DNA of 64,000 bases from assembly GCA_963763775.1 (NCBI GenBank), contig CAVXPZ010000003.1:416001-480000 (forward strand), read 5' to 3'. The position numbers and the translations under genes were made by a program. Position 1 is the first letter of the stretch. Each line of letters starts with the position of its first letter. A model generated the notes under the pieces. The model saw nothing but the letters and a program-made list of their open reading frames with translations, made no database searches and was not told the origin of the DNA. The stretch is from an uncultured Chloroflexia bacterium. GTDB taxonomy: Bacteria; Chloroflexota; Limnocylindria; Limnocylindrales; CSP1-4. Positions 42,702 to 53,322 of the stretch are shown piece after piece.

Positions 42702-44057
42702 CAGAAGCCCCTCAGATTGCGGAACGACGACGATCGCGGTCGCCGTGATGAACAGGTTCAGCAGGGAGACCGGCAGCAGCCACTTCCAGGCGAAGTCCAT
42801 GAGCTGGTCGATGCGGACGCGTGGCAGCGTGCCCCGCATCCAGACGAACGTGAAGACGAACACGTAGGTCTTCGCGAGGAACCAGAAGATGCCGGCGATC
42901 CAGTCGAGCCCGATGTACGCCCATGCGCCGAGGACGAGGATGACGAAGACGTTGGCGAGCAGGAACCCGATCGCCAGCGCCTGCCAGCGCCTTGATGCGC
43001 GAACTCGCCATCCAGAACGGCGCGGCGAACACGAGCGTCAGGATCGGCGGCACGATCGCCACGAGCAGGAGCAGCGCGACCCCGAGCTGGCTCGAGGTCG
43101 ATGTTCGGGGTGATCGGCCACGGCCACTCGAACGGGGCGTTCCAGCCGCCGAAGAACAGCGTCACGGTCAGCGCCGAGATGATGAAGACGTTCACGTACT
43201 CGGCGAAGAAGAAGAACCCGAACCGCATGCCCGAGTACTCGGTGGCGAACCCGGCGACGATCTCCGAGTCCGCCTCGGTGAGGTCGAACGGGGTCCGGTT
43301 GGCCTCCGCGGTCGCGGCGATGAAGAAGATGAGCACGCCGAGCGGCTGCCGGAACACGTACCAGTCGGTGAACCAGCCGGACTGGTTCTCGACGATCTGG
43401 TTGAGGCTCATCGTGCCGGCCAGCAGGATCAGCCCGACGACCGAGAGCGTGAGCGGGATCTCGTAGCTCACGACCTGGGCCGCCGACCGCAGGCCGCCGA
43501 GCAGCGAGTACTTGTTGAAGCTCGACCAGCCGGCCATGAGCAGGCCGACCACCGACAGCCCGCCGATCGCGAAGAAGTACAGCAGGCCGATGTTCATGTC
43601 GGCGCCGTAGATGTTCGGCGCGAAGGGGATCACGAGCAGCGTCATGACGCTGGCGAGGTAGACGACGACCGGGCGCCCACGTGAAGACGATCGGGTCCGC
43701 GCCGGTCGGGGTGAAGTCCTCCTTCATGAGGACCTTGAGCCCGTGCACGACGGACAGCAGGGACCCGAACGGCCCGACCCGGTCCGGTCCGATCCGAAGG
43801 TTCATCAGCGCGATGACCTTCATCTCCATGTAGATGATCAGGAACGCGGTCGGGACCGTCATCAGCAGGATGATCGTGACCGCGATCACGAACCGGACGA
43901 TCGGCATGTTGTTCGCGAGCAGGTCGACGATGAGCGGCCCGAGCAGGATGATCACCGCGAACAGCGCGATGGTCAGCGCCAGCAGGACCGGCACGACCGT
44001 GAAGATGATCTTCCCGGGCAGCGTCAGCCGCGACCAGCTCTTCCCGATGACGGTCAT
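42701..44057 (-). CDS. nuoH: NADH-quinone oxidoreductase subunit H (several frameshifts; extra TM segments)
   Basis: [60 protein letters not shown]. Confidence 0.88.
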
Positions 44058-44095
44058 CGGTGACGAACCGCCATGCGCGCGCCGGGAGGCGGTCG

Positions 44096-45316
44096 TCACT
44101 TGTCCACGCCGCCCATGATCGGATCGAGGCTGGCCATGACCGCCATGGTGTCGGCGACGAGGTGGCCGGGCATCATCAGGCCGACCGACTGGAGGTTCAC
44201 GAACGAGGGGTCGTGGATCCGCATCCGGAACGGCTGGTCGGTGCCGTCGCTGATGACGTAGCTGGCGTACTGGCCGCGCGGGCCCTCGATCGCGGCGTAG
44301 GCGCGACCCGGCCGCGGACGCAGCAGGCGCGGCAGCTTGGCCATGACCGGGCCGTCCGGCATCTGGTGGAGGCACTGGTCGATGATCCGCAGGCTCTGCT
44401 TGATCTCGTCCATCCGCAGCAGGTAGCGCGCGAGGCAGTCGCCCTCGGAGCGGGTCGGGATGTCGAATTCGAGCTCCGGGAAGACGCTGTACGGATGCGC
44501 TCGCCGCAGGTCGAACGGCACGCCCGTGGCCCGCAGGTTCGGACCGGTCAGGCACATCCGCAGCGCGGCCGCGGTGTCGATCTGGCCCAGTCCGCGCATC
44601 CGGCGCACGAAGATCTCGTTCTCGTTGAGCAGTGCGTTGCCGGCCTCGATCTGCTCGGTCGCGTGGCTCATCCAGTCGCCGAGGCGGCTCATGAACTCGT
44701 GGTTCAGGTCGCCGTTGACCCCGCCGATGCGGAAGTAGTTGAAGAGCATCCGCTGTCCGGTGAGCGACGCGAGCATGTCGACGATCTCGTCGCGCTCGAT
44801 GAACGACCACAGGACCGGCGTCAGGCCGCCGAGGTCGAGGGCCATCCAGCCGAGGAACAGGGCGTGGCTCGCGATGCGGTTGAGCTCGGTCGAGAGGACC
44901 CGGATGTACTCCGCGCGGCGCGGGACCTGGACGTCGAGCAGCTTCTCGAACGCCATGACGCCGGGCCACTCGCAGAAGAGCGAGCTGATGTACTCGAGCG
45001 GGTCCAGGTAGCAGATGGCCTGGTGGTAGTCCGCGTTCTCGCAGAGCTTCTCGACGCCGCGGTGGAGGTAGCCGAGGACCGGGTCGAGGTCCACGACCTT
45101 CTCGCCGTCGAGCTTGAGGACGACGCGGAGCACGCCATGGGTCGAGGGGTGCTGCGGGCCCATGTTGATGAGCATCTCGCCGTCGCCGAGCGTGTAGAAC
45201 TCGGCCTCGCGCTCCGTGCGCGGCGGGTACGGCGGGACCGGCTCGAAGACGCCGAGCTCGCGCTCGAGCGTGATGCGGGGATCGTCCGCAGAGGGGCGTT
45301 CGGCGGTGACGGGCAT
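44096..45316 (-). CDS. nuoD: NADH-quinone oxidoreductase subunit D
   Basis: NMGPQHPSTHGVLR, GYLHRGVEK, ELNRIASH, EGPRG, SLDPIMGGVDK; no NiFe CxxC motifs. Confidence 0.96.
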   Translation of the reverse strand: MPVTAERPSADDPRITLERELGVFEPVPPYPPRTEREAEFYTLGDGEMLINMGPQHPSTHGVLRVVLKLDGEKVVDLDPVLGYLHRGVEKLCENADYHQAICYLDPLEYISSLFCEWPGVMAFEKLLDVQVPRRAEYIRVLSTELNRIASHALFLGWMALDLGGLTPVLWSFIERDEIVDMLASLTGQRMLFNYFRIGGVNGDLNHEFMSRLGDWMSHATEQIEAGNALLNENEIFVRRMRGLGQIDTAAALRMCLTGPNLRATGVPFDLRRAHPYSVFPELEFDIPTRSEGDCLARYLLRMDEIKQSLRIIDQCLHQMPDGPVMAKLPRLLRPRPGRAYAAIEGPRGQYASYVISDGTDQPFRMRIHDPSFVNLQSVGLMMPGHLVADTMAVMASLDPIMGGVDK

Positions 45317-45331
45317 GGGATCTGGCCTCGG

Positions 45332-45880
45332 CTAGCCGGTCCCGCGCCGCACGAGCGACGCGGCCGGCGCGTTTCGGGGAGTGTGGGTGCGTTCCATCGG
45401 TCGGACGCCCCCGCCAGGGGAGCGGGCCGCGTCGTCGGCGAGGTAGAAGTCCTTGCGGAGCGGGAAGCTCTGATAGTCCGGCGGCATGTAGATGCGGCGC
45501 AGGTCTCGGTTGCCCTCGAACGTGATGCCGAACATGTCGTAGGCCTCGCGCTCCTGCCACTCCGCGCCCTTCCAGAGGAAGGTGGCGGACGGGACGCGCG
45601 GATCGTCGCGGGACAGGCCGTCGGCGACGACGCGGAGCCAGTCCGATGTGGTGTCGCTCCAGAGGTGGTAGACGACCTGCATCACCTCGCCCGTGTCCAC
45701 GCCGCACAGGTCTGCGAGGAACTCGAAGCGGAACTCGGGCTCGTCGTGGAGGGCGCTCAGCACGGCGACCACGTCGCCCGCACCGATGCGGATCTCCGTC
45801 TCGTCGTGGCGCTGGCGGATGGGGCCGGTCAGCTGGTCCGCGAATCGCGCGGCCAGGCGGGCCTTGAAGCGTCGATCCAC
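45332..45880 (-). CDS. nuoC: NADH-quinone oxidoreductase subunit C
   Basis: LADLCGVD, WQEREAYDMFGITF, FPLRKDF. Confidence 0.93.
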   Translation of the reverse strand: MDRRFKARLAARFADQLTGPIRQRHDETEIRIGAGDVVAVLSALHDEPEFRFEFLADLCGVDTGEVMQVVYHLWSDTTSDWLRVVADGLSRDDPRVPSATFLWKGAEWQEREAYDMFGITFEGNRDLRRIYMPPDYQSFPLRKDFYLADDAARSPGGGVRPMERTHTPRNAPAASLVRRGTG

Positions 45881-45882
45881 GC

Positions 45883-46626
45883 CTAGACGTCCTCGGGGAC
45901 GGTGGGCCCGATGGCCCGGTCCGGCCAATGGCCGCGACGCTCCTTGACGAGCTGCTGGAGCTTCATCATCCCGTAGATCAGGCCCTCGGGCCGCGGCGGA
46001 CAGCCGGGGATGTAGACGTCCACCGGCATGACGCGGTCGATCCCCTCGACCGTGGAATAGCTCCGCTTGTACCGGCCGCCCGAGCAGGTGCAGTCACCCA
46101 TCGCCACGCACCACTTCGGTTCGGGCATCTGCTCCCAGAGGCGGACCAGCGGCCCGGCCATCTTCGTCGTCAGGGTGCCCGCGACGATCAGCACGTCCGC
46201 CTGTCGCGGGCTGGCTCGGAACGGGAACATGCCCCAGCGGTCCATGTCGTTCTTCGACGTCGCGGTCGACATCATCTCGATGGCGCAGCACGCGAGACCG
46301 GACAACAGCGGCCACAGGCTGTTCATGCGGATCAGGTCCAGGACGTAGTCCGCCTTCGTCGGGATCACCTCGAGCACGCCGCTCCAGCGGGCGTCGTCGC
46401 GGCGGCCGGCGCCGCTCAGCTCGTACTCGCGGAGGTGCGTGATGTCGCTCTCGCGACCGCCCTCGTACGCGGCCGGGTCGGCGGCCTGCCACAGCGTGTT
46501 CGGGACGACGATCGGCGCGAGGACGGCGCGGCGGCCGTCGGCCGTCGTCATGGCCGACTCGGCGGCCGTCGTGTCATCGGCCGGGGGCGTGGCCGGGGGT
46601 GCGGGCGGTTCCGGGGTCATCGCCAT
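45883..46626 (-). CDS. nuoB: NADH-quinone oxidoreductase subunit B
   Basis: [37 protein letters not shown]. Confidence 0.96.
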   Translation of the reverse strand: MAMTPEPPAPPATPPADDTTAAESAMTTADGRRAVLAPIVVPNTLWQAADPAAYEGGRESDITHLREYELSGAGRRDDARWSGVLEVIPTKADYVLDLIRMNSLWPLLSGLACCAIEMMSTATSKNDMDRWGMFPFRASPRQADVLIVAGTLTTKMAGPLVRLWEQMPEPKWCVAMGDCTCSGGRYKRSYSTVEGIDRVMPVDVYIPGCPPRPEGLIYGMMKLQQLVKERRGHWPDRAIGPTVPEDV

Positions 46627-46985
46627 GAGAGGGCGCCCTTCCGCCAGGCATAGGCCAGCCCGAGCAGGAGGATGGCGACGAAGATGACCATGCTGATCAG
46701 CCCGGTGTTGATGAGCTCCAACGGCAGCGTGCTGAAGTTGATGGCCCACAGGTAGATGAAGACGACCTCGATGTCGAACGCCACGAACAGCAGCGCGTAG
46801 ATGTAGAACGACAGGCCGAACCGGCCGTGGGTGTCCCCATAGGTGTCGATGCCCGATTCGTAGGGAAGGCCCTTGTGCTCGTCACCGCGGTTGCGGTGCG
46901 ACACGATCCAGGCGGCGCCGATCGTCAGGAAGACGAAGGACACGCCCGCGAAGGCGAAGCCCACGATGTACCAGATGCCGGTCAA
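46617..46985 (-). CDS. nuoA: NADH-quinone oxidoreductase subunit A
   Basis: [29 protein letters not shown]. Confidence 0.95.
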   Translation of the reverse strand: MTGIWYIVGFAFAGVSFVFLTIGAAWIVSHRNRGDEHKGLPYESGIDTYGDTHGRFGLSFYIYALLFVAFDIEVVFIYLWAINFSTLPLELINTGLISMVIFVAILLLGLAYAWRKGALSWR

Positions 46986-47087
46986 CCGAACTCCCTTCGA
47001 GCGACGGCCGGGGCTGGCGTCGCTGGCTGGAGACCCCTGAGCAAGCGGGCAGGCGCACCCACACGAGGCGCACCGGCGCCCATCGGC

Positions 47088-47093
47088 ATTCTA
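47088..47093 (-). promoter_or_regulatory. Putative -10 element (TAGAAT) of the nuo operon
   Basis: TAGAAT about 100 nt upstream of the nuoA TTG, which has an AGGGAG RBS. Confidence 0.45.
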
Positions 47094-47600
47094 GCAGCGG
47101 GAGCCCGCGTGACGCCGGGGTCGAACGGGGGCACTGACGGTCGCCGAGCGGTGCCGGCGGGCGCGGTCCGGCTGGGTCCGACGGCGTCGCCGTCGATGGG
47201 GTCGGGTGGTCGGCAGTGGGGCCTGAGCGTCGGGGAGCGGCGCGCGCCGAGCGCGCGTGCAGGTTCGCGCGCCGCTCCCCGTCAGGTCGTGCCCGACCGA
47301 GACGCAGCGTGCGCGTCGGCCGAGATTCGGAGCAATAGGTAGATCGCCCTAGTCGGGAGCGGTCCGGGGCGCTTCGGGGCCGTTTGGACGGGCGAGGCCT
47401 CCCGGGCGGATGCCCGAGCACCGTCCCCGGTCGACCTGGGACTGCCAGGACCGCATCCCGGACGTGCGAGCGTGGTCCCGACCTTGGAACGACGTGATCT
47501 TGTCGATCCACCGGACTTCCACGAGGGACGCGTCGCGGGAAGGCGACTGCCAGTACCGTCCCGGTCGGACCGTGGAACGGCGCGGACCTCGCGGGCCCGC

Positions 47601-48800
47601 CTACCCGCGGTCTGGCATCCGATACGCGAAGGCGCGGAGCGGAGGACCATCCGGCCACCCTCGCCCGAAGCCCATCACCCGGAACCGCCCCATGGCTGCC
47701 GGGTCCAGCAACCGCATCAACGAGGACCGGACGACGAGGTACTCCTCGAGCGAGGTGGACGGGTCGGCCTGGATCTCGCGGAGCCGGTCCTGGATCCCCA
47801 GGCCGACCAGCGCCTCGGCCTGGGTCGTCACGCCGATCGTCGAGAGCCCGGCCGTCCTCGCGGCGCGCTCCACCGCCGTCACGTCGACGTGTGCGGTGAG
47901 GTCCTGTCGCCCGACGTGCCGGTACGGGTCGTCGTGCACCTGGTGGCGGACGTACGCGCGCAATGTGCCGTCACGCCGGCGGACCGGGTCGTACAGCTGC
48001 GCCCCCGGAGCCCCGTAGTCGATCAAGAGCAGCAGGCCGCGGGCCAGATCAGCCGTCGCGTGGGCGACCCAGGCATCGAGTTCCAGGCAGATCTCGGCGG
48101 TCTGGCCGTCGGCGAGCACGACACCGTCATCTGCCAGCCGCGCCGCGAGCGCCGGGGTCGTCGGGTCGGTCTCGGTCTCCACGAACCGCCCGTCCGCGAC
48201 GACGTCGACCGCGATCTCCCGAAGCGCGCCGCCGCGCTGTCGGACGCGGTGGACCGGCAACGCATCGAGCACCTCGTTGGCGATGACGATGCCGCTGAAC
48301 GGCGTCCCGGGCGCCTCGGCCGGCGTGACGTCGGCCTCCGCGAGCCCGGCGTCGGCCAGCCGGGACGCCAGGGCGTCGGTGGCGCGCCCCGCCGTCTCGA
48401 CCAGCTGGTACCGCACGCGCCCGTCGAGCCGCGTCCCGCGCGATGCGCCCAGCAGGGACGCGGCGAGGGTCCCCGTCCCGGGTCCGATCTCGCGGACCGT
48501 CATCGAGTCCGGCTCGCCCAGGCGTTCCCACACGTCCAGGACCAGATCCGACAGCGTCGCACCGAAGATCGGATGCAGCTCGGGCGCCGTGATGAAATCC
48601 CCGGTCCGACCGGGGCGCCCCTCGTTCGTGACGTAGTAGCCACCCGCCGGGTCGTACAGGCAGAGCCACATGAACCGCGCGAATGGCATCGGGCCGCCCC
48701 GGCGGATCTCGTCGCGGATCCGTTCCGCGAGGTCCGGATCCTCGCCGACATCGGTGAGGTCGGTCGGCGGCTCGCGTCGGAGATCCGGCGTCAGGTCCAC
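47601..48800 (-). CDS. SAM-dependent methyltransferase, NDUFAF7/MidA (DUF185) family
   Basis: GPMPFARFMWLCLYDPAGGYY, GDFITAPE, EIGPGTG, ANEVLDALP, IDYG, QDLTAHVD. Confidence 0.9.
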   Translation of the reverse strand: MDLTPDLRREPPTDLTDVGEDPDLAERIRDEIRRGGPMPFARFMWLCLYDPAGGYYVTNEGRPGRTGDFITAPELHPIFGATLSDLVLDVWERLGEPDSMTVREIGPGTGTLAASLLGASRGTRLDGRVRYQLVETAGRATDALASRLADAGLAEADVTPAEAPGTPFSGIVIANEVLDALPVHRVRQRGGALREIAVDVVADGRFVETETDPTTPALAARLADDGVVLADGQTAEICLELDAWVAHATADLARGLLLLIDYGAPGAQLYDPVRRRDGTLRAYVRHQVHDDPYRHVGRQDLTAHVDVTAVERAARTAGLSTIGVTTQAEALVGLGIQDRLREIQADPSTSLEEYLVVRSSLMRLLDPAAMGRFRVMGFGRGWPDGPPLRAFAYRMPDRG

Positions 48801-48803
48801 GGT

Positions 48804-49833
48804 TCAGGCCCGCATGACGAGCGGGACGCCGGGCCCGACCAGCGTGTGCCCGCCGAGCAGGACCGGGATCCGTGCGCCCGCGGCGGCAGCGGTCAGGTCG
48901 CGGAGCCAGGCGTCCTCGATGCGCTCGGGGAGCAGCAAGTCCGACGCGAAGCGGTCCTCGGCCGACGGCCAGGCGTCCTCGCCGCGCCCCGAGCCGATGC
49001 GCGAGCAGGACTCGCGAGTCGACAAGGGCCGCGTCGGCGAGCCCGGCCAGCAGGTCGCCCAGGGCGCCCGGACCGTCCCGCTCCAGGAGGGCGCCGAGCA
49101 CCGACGACGGCGCCCGCTGCCCCGTCCGGGTCGTCCGCAGGCCTCGCTCCTCCACGAGCGCCCGCGTCCGGGAGGCGGTCCGCCGCTCGAGCCACGCCAG
49201 GGTCGCGGCAGACGTCCGCCCGGCGACGAGGAGTTCCGCGCTCGGATCCGCAGCCACCCGCCGGATCGCCCGGATCCGCTCCACGACGAGCGCGTCCGTG
49301 GACGGATCGATCGCCCCGGTGAGCACGAGGTCGAGCGGACCGTCGAGGTCCACGGCGAGCCGACGTCGTCGGCGAAGGTCGGTGACGGCGTAGCCGGCGA
49401 CCTCCTCGAGCCAGCGAGGCACCGCGTTGTCGCCGGGGAGGTCCGGGACATCTCCCAGCCCGTCCGAGGCGGACGACACGGCGATGACATCCGCGGAATA
49501 GCGATTGTTCGCGAGGGCCTGTCGGCCGTCGGCGCCGGCGGCCGCGACGAACGCGATGCGGTCATGGCGCGTCGCGAGCGGGATCGCCCCGGACCCCAGC
49601 AGCACGAGCCCCCCCGGCGGCCGCTCCGACCGGACGAGGTCGCGGAGCCGCCGCCCGAACGGTGTATCGTCGGGCGGCCCGGACACGACTGCGACGTCAG
49701 CGGCGCCAGCGGCGAGGAACCCCACGCGGTGGCGTTCGGCCAGCGCCGCCCGAGCGGCCCCGAGCCGTCGGGTCAGCGGGCCGGCCGCGGCGTCGGGGGC
49801 CGGATGGAAGATGCGGACAGCGACCGGTCGCAT
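48804..49833 (-). CDS. Hypothetical protein, possibly nucleotidyltransferase/CofC-like fold (frameshift near 48990)
   Basis: PFGRRL, GSGAIPL, NNRYSAD, DLDGPLDL, EERG, DSRV, LLGGHTLV; leaderless start after TAGACT. Confidence 0.55.
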
Positions 49834-49869
49834 CGCGCGAGTCTATCGGTCGTCGATGGGAGGGAGCCT

Positions 49870-50496
49870 GTGTCCGGCCGGCGGGTGCGCGCCTACATCG
49901 GCCTCGGGGCGAACGTCGGCGACGCGGCCGCGACCCTGGCGGCGGCGGTCCAGGCCATCGATGCCGCGCCCGGCGTCCACCTCCGCGACGTGTCGCGGCT
50001 CTACGCGACCGCGCCGGTCGGCGTCGCCGATCAGGCCGAGTTCCACAACGCCGTCGTCGCGGTCGACGTCCTCGCCGGCCCGGACCCGGCCACCGGGGCG
50101 ATCTCGCTCCTGGCCGTCCTCAAGGATCTCGAGCGGCAGGCCGGCCGGCAGGTCCGCGAGCGATGGGGCCCGCGCGAGCTCGATCTCGACCTGCTCGTCT
50201 TCGGGCGCGCCCGGCTGGCGGTCGAGCGGCCGGCGGCGGCCCGCTCGCTCGATGCCGATGCCGACCCGCGAAAGGCCGCGAAGTTGCTCGAGGTGCCCCA
50301 TCGGGAGGCACGCGAGCGGCTCTTCGTCCTGGCACCGATGGCCGACCTCGCGCCCACGCTCGTGCCGCCGGGCTGGGGCGAGACCGTGGCGACCGCCCGG
50401 CGCCGGCGTCTCGGGGTGGAGGGGCCCGATGCCGCGCGGCCCATCGGCACGTGGGACCGCGCGCTCCATCGGTGGAGCCCGATCGAGCCGGACTAG
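49870..50496 (+). CDS. folK: 2-amino-4-hydroxy-6-hydroxymethyldihydropteridine diphosphokinase
   Basis: AYIGLGANVG, SRLYATAP, RWGPRELDLDLL, VPH..ERLFVLAP. Confidence 0.93.
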   Translation: MSGRRVRAYIGLGANVGDAAATLAAAVQAIDAAPGVHLRDVSRLYATAPVGVADQAEFHNAVVAVDVLAGPDPATGAISLLAVLKDLERQAGRQVRERWGPRELDLDLLVFGRARLAVERPAAARSLDADADPRKAAKLLEVPHREARERLFVLAPMADLAPTLVPPGWGETVATARRRRLGVEGPDAARPIGTWDRALHRWSPIEPD

Positions 50497-51221
50497 CCGA
50501 CGGCGCCGAGGTATCGCGTCTCGAGCTCGGTCTCGACCGCCCGCCCGTCCGGGTCGCGCACGACGCGGTAGGCGCGAGCCTCGGGTCGGGACGCGACCAC
50601 GGCGTGCAACTCGGCGTCGCGGAAGACGAGCGCGGCGCCGTCGTCCGCCGCGTACCCGTCGGGCAGGCGGCCCTCGGCGATCAGCCGCTGATACAGCGGA
50701 CGGCGTCCGGGCTCGCCGTCGTAGTGCGGGCAGTGGCTGCCGGCGACGAAGCCGAGCCCGTCCTCGATCGGCGCGAGCACCGGCCCGAACGAATCGGTCG
50801 TCCCGCCCTCGAACCAGCACAGGGAGCCGGCGGACAGCCCGGCCATCACGACCCCGGCCTCCCACGCGCGCCGGAGCGCGCGATCCACGCCGTGGATCCG
50901 CCAGACCGCCAGCATGTTCGCGGTGTTCCCGCCGCCGACGTAGACGACGTCCTGTCCGAGGAGGAACGCCTCGATGTCGTCGACGGTCCGCGAGAACAGC
51001 GCCAGGTGCGAGGCGTCCGCACGCTCGTCGAAGGCGTCATGGAAGCCGGCGATGTAGGCCTCGGCGTCGCCGCTCGCGGTCCCGATGAAGCAGACGCGCG
51101 GCCGCTCGACGCCGCGGGTGCGGCGGGCCAGGTCGAGCAGCGCGTCGTCCAGGAGCGGGTTCTCGGGCTCCATCGAGAACCCGCCGCCGCCCATGGCGAC
51201 GACCCAGCGTGGCGGTGTCAT
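50493..51221 (-). CDS. pepE: Peptidase E (S51 family)
   Basis: [21 protein letters not shown]. Confidence 0.88.
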   Translation of the reverse strand: MTPPRWVVAMGGGGFSMEPENPLLDDALLDLARRTRGVERPRVCFIGTASGDAEAYIAGFHDAFDERADASHLALFSRTVDDIEAFLLGQDVVYVGGGNTANMLAVWRIHGVDRALRRAWEAGVVMAGLSAGSLCWFEGGTTDSFGPVLAPIEDGLGFVAGSHCPHYDGEPGRRPLYQRLIAEGRLPDGYAADDGAALVFRDAELHAVVASRPEARAYRVVRDPDGRAVETELETRYLGAVG

Positions 51222-51278
51222 CCGCCGATGCTACCCTCAGGGCTGACCTACCACGTGCCCGCTCCGGAGACCCAGCGA

Positions 51279-52269
51279 ATGACCAAGATCGGTTACGCCG
51301 CGATGCTCGAGCAGTTCCACCCGACCGACCTGCTCGACTGGTGTGCGGCGGCGGAGGACGCCGGCTTCGAGGCCGGGTTCATGGTGAGCGAGCACTTCCA
51401 CCCGTGGACGCCGCAGCAGGGCCAGAGCGCGTTCGCGTGGTCGTTCATGGGCGCGTTGGGGACGCGGACGTCGCTCCCGTTCGGCACCGGCGTGACCTGC
51501 CCGGGCTTCCGCTACCACCCGGTCGTGATCGCCCATGCGGCGGCCACCCTCGGGGCGATGTACCCGGGACGGTTCTGGCTCGGCCTCGGTGCCGGCGAGG
51601 CGCTCAACGAGCACGTCATCGGCGGCGTCTGGCCGGAGGTCGGCGTCCGGAGCTCGATGATGTTCGAGTCGATCGAGATCATCAACAAGCTCTTCACCGG
51701 CAATGTCGTGCGCCATCGAGGGGAGCACTTCACCGTCGAGAGCGCGAAGCTCTACACGCGACCCGAGCAGCCGGTGCCGATCTACGTCGCGACGGCGGGA
51801 CCGGTCAACGCCAAGCGGACCGGGAAGTTCGCCGACGGCATGATCACCGTCGGCGCGGCCGACGAGAAGATCGGGATGCTGTGGGAGAAGTTCGACGAAG
51901 GCGCGCGCGAGGTCGGCAAGGACCCGGCCGGCGCCCCCAAGATCCTGCAGATCCACCTGTCGTGGGCGCCGGACCGACGAGGAGGCGATGGACAACGCCC
52001 TCCGCGAGTGGCCGAACGGCGGCATGGCGTTCCCCAAGCAGGACATCCGGAACCCCGAGGACTTCGCGGCGATGGCGAAGCTCGTGCGACCCGAGCACTA
52101 CACCAACCGATGCGAGGTCGCGTCGGACCTGGCCCGGCAGACCGAGAACATCCAGCACTACGTGGACATGGGGTTCGACGAGATCCATCTCCACAACGTG
52201 GGGCGCAACCAGGCCGAGTTCATCGAGGTCTTCGGCCGAGAGGTCCTGCCGAACCTCAAGCTGGGCTGA
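51279..52269 (+). CDS. F420-dependent LLM-class oxidoreductase, G6PDH-like (frameshift near 51972)
   Basis: [35 protein letters not shown]; C-terminus in the next frame. Confidence 0.85.
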
Positions 52270-52306
52270 CGCGGCGCTCGGTGGACGCGTCGGCGTCGGC
52301 CTGGCC

Positions 52307-53287
52307 CTAGAGGCGGACGCGCGGCGGCGACTCGCGGTCGAACATGTGGACGGTGTCCACGAACCGGACCTGCTTGGTCTGGTACGCCATCACCAGCGAA
52401 TGGGTGCGGGCCCCACCACCGAAGAACCGCACGCCCTGCAGCAGGTCGCCGGCCGTGACCCCGGTCGCGGCGAAGACCAGGTTCTCGCCCGGCGCGAGGT
52501 CCTCGGTGCGGTACACGCGGCTCTCGTCGCCGTGGCCCATGCGCGCCCCGCGCGCCCGCTCGTCGTCGCTCCGGTAGCGGAAGCGCGCCTGGATCTCCCC
52601 GCCGAGGCAGCGCATCGCGGCGGCGGTGATGACGCCCTCGGGCGCACCGCCCACGCCCATGACCGCGTGCACGCCGGTGCCCGACACCGCGGTCGAGATC
52701 GCCGCCGACAGGTCCCCGTCGCCGATGAGCTTGATCCGGGCGCCGGCCTCGCGGACCTCGGCGATCAGGTCGTCGTGGCGCGGCCGCTCGAGGATCACGA
52801 CGGTGATGTCGCGGACCCGGCGGCCGAGCGCCTCGGCGATGCGCCGCAGGTTCTCGGTGGGGCTCTCGCGGATGTCGACCTTGCCCGCGACGCCCGGGCC
52901 GACGCACAGCTTCTCCATGTAGGTGTCGGGCGCGTGGGTCAGGCCGCCGGTCTCGGATGCGGCGAGGACCGTGATCGCCCCGGCCTGGCCGTGCGCGACG
53001 AGGTTGGTGCCCTCGAGCGGGTCCACGGCGATGTCGACGCGCGGTGCGGTCGGGTCCTTGTGGGCTCGCCCGACCTCCTCGCCGATGTAGAGCATCGGGG
53101 CCTCGTCGCGCTCGCCCTCACCGATGACGATCCGCCCGGCGAAGTCGATCTCGTCCATCGTCTGGCGCATGGCCTCGGTCGCGAGCTGGTCGGCGCCGTG
53201 CCGGTCGCCGCGGCCCATCGCCCGCGCCGATGCGATGGCCGCCTCTTCGGTGACCCGCACCATCTCGAGCGCGAGAAGCTGTTCCAC
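52307..53287 (-). CDS. glpX: Class II fructose-1,6-bisphosphatase
   Basis: [41 protein letters not shown]. Confidence 0.95.
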   Translation of the reverse strand: MEQLLALEMVRVTEEAAIASARAMGRGDRHGADQLATEAMRQTMDEIDFAGRIVIGEGERDEAPMLYIGEEVGRAHKDPTAPRVDIAVDPLEGTNLVAHGQAGAITVLAASETGGLTHAPDTYMEKLCVGPGVAGKVDIRESPTENLRRIAEALGRRVRDITVVILERPRHDDLIAEVREAGARIKLIGDGDLSAAISTAVSGTGVHAVMGVGGAPEGVITAAAMRCLGGEIQARFRYRSDDERARGARMGHGDESRVYRTEDLAPGENLVFAATGVTAGDLLQGVRFFGGGARTHSLVMAYQTKQVRFVDTVHMFDRESPPRVRL

Positions 53288-53322
53288 GATCGCGTCCCCC
53301 TGCCGTGGACCGGATCAGCCGG

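Noticed and set aside
42015-42863. In-frame NuoH C-terminus fused to NuoI
   Set aside because: One extra base near 42725 would give ..RNLRGF* with a TGATG stop/start overlap at 42699-42703; probably another indel error, though not excluded.
46982-47083. 33-aa uORF ending on the nuoA start
   Set aside because: The ATG is only 4 nt from the -10 box, codon usage is not coding-like, and nuoA has its own RBS.
47100-47600. Possible gene or RNA in the 600-nt gap upstream of nuoA
   Set aside because: No convincing ORF, motif or extended pairing could be identified by eye.
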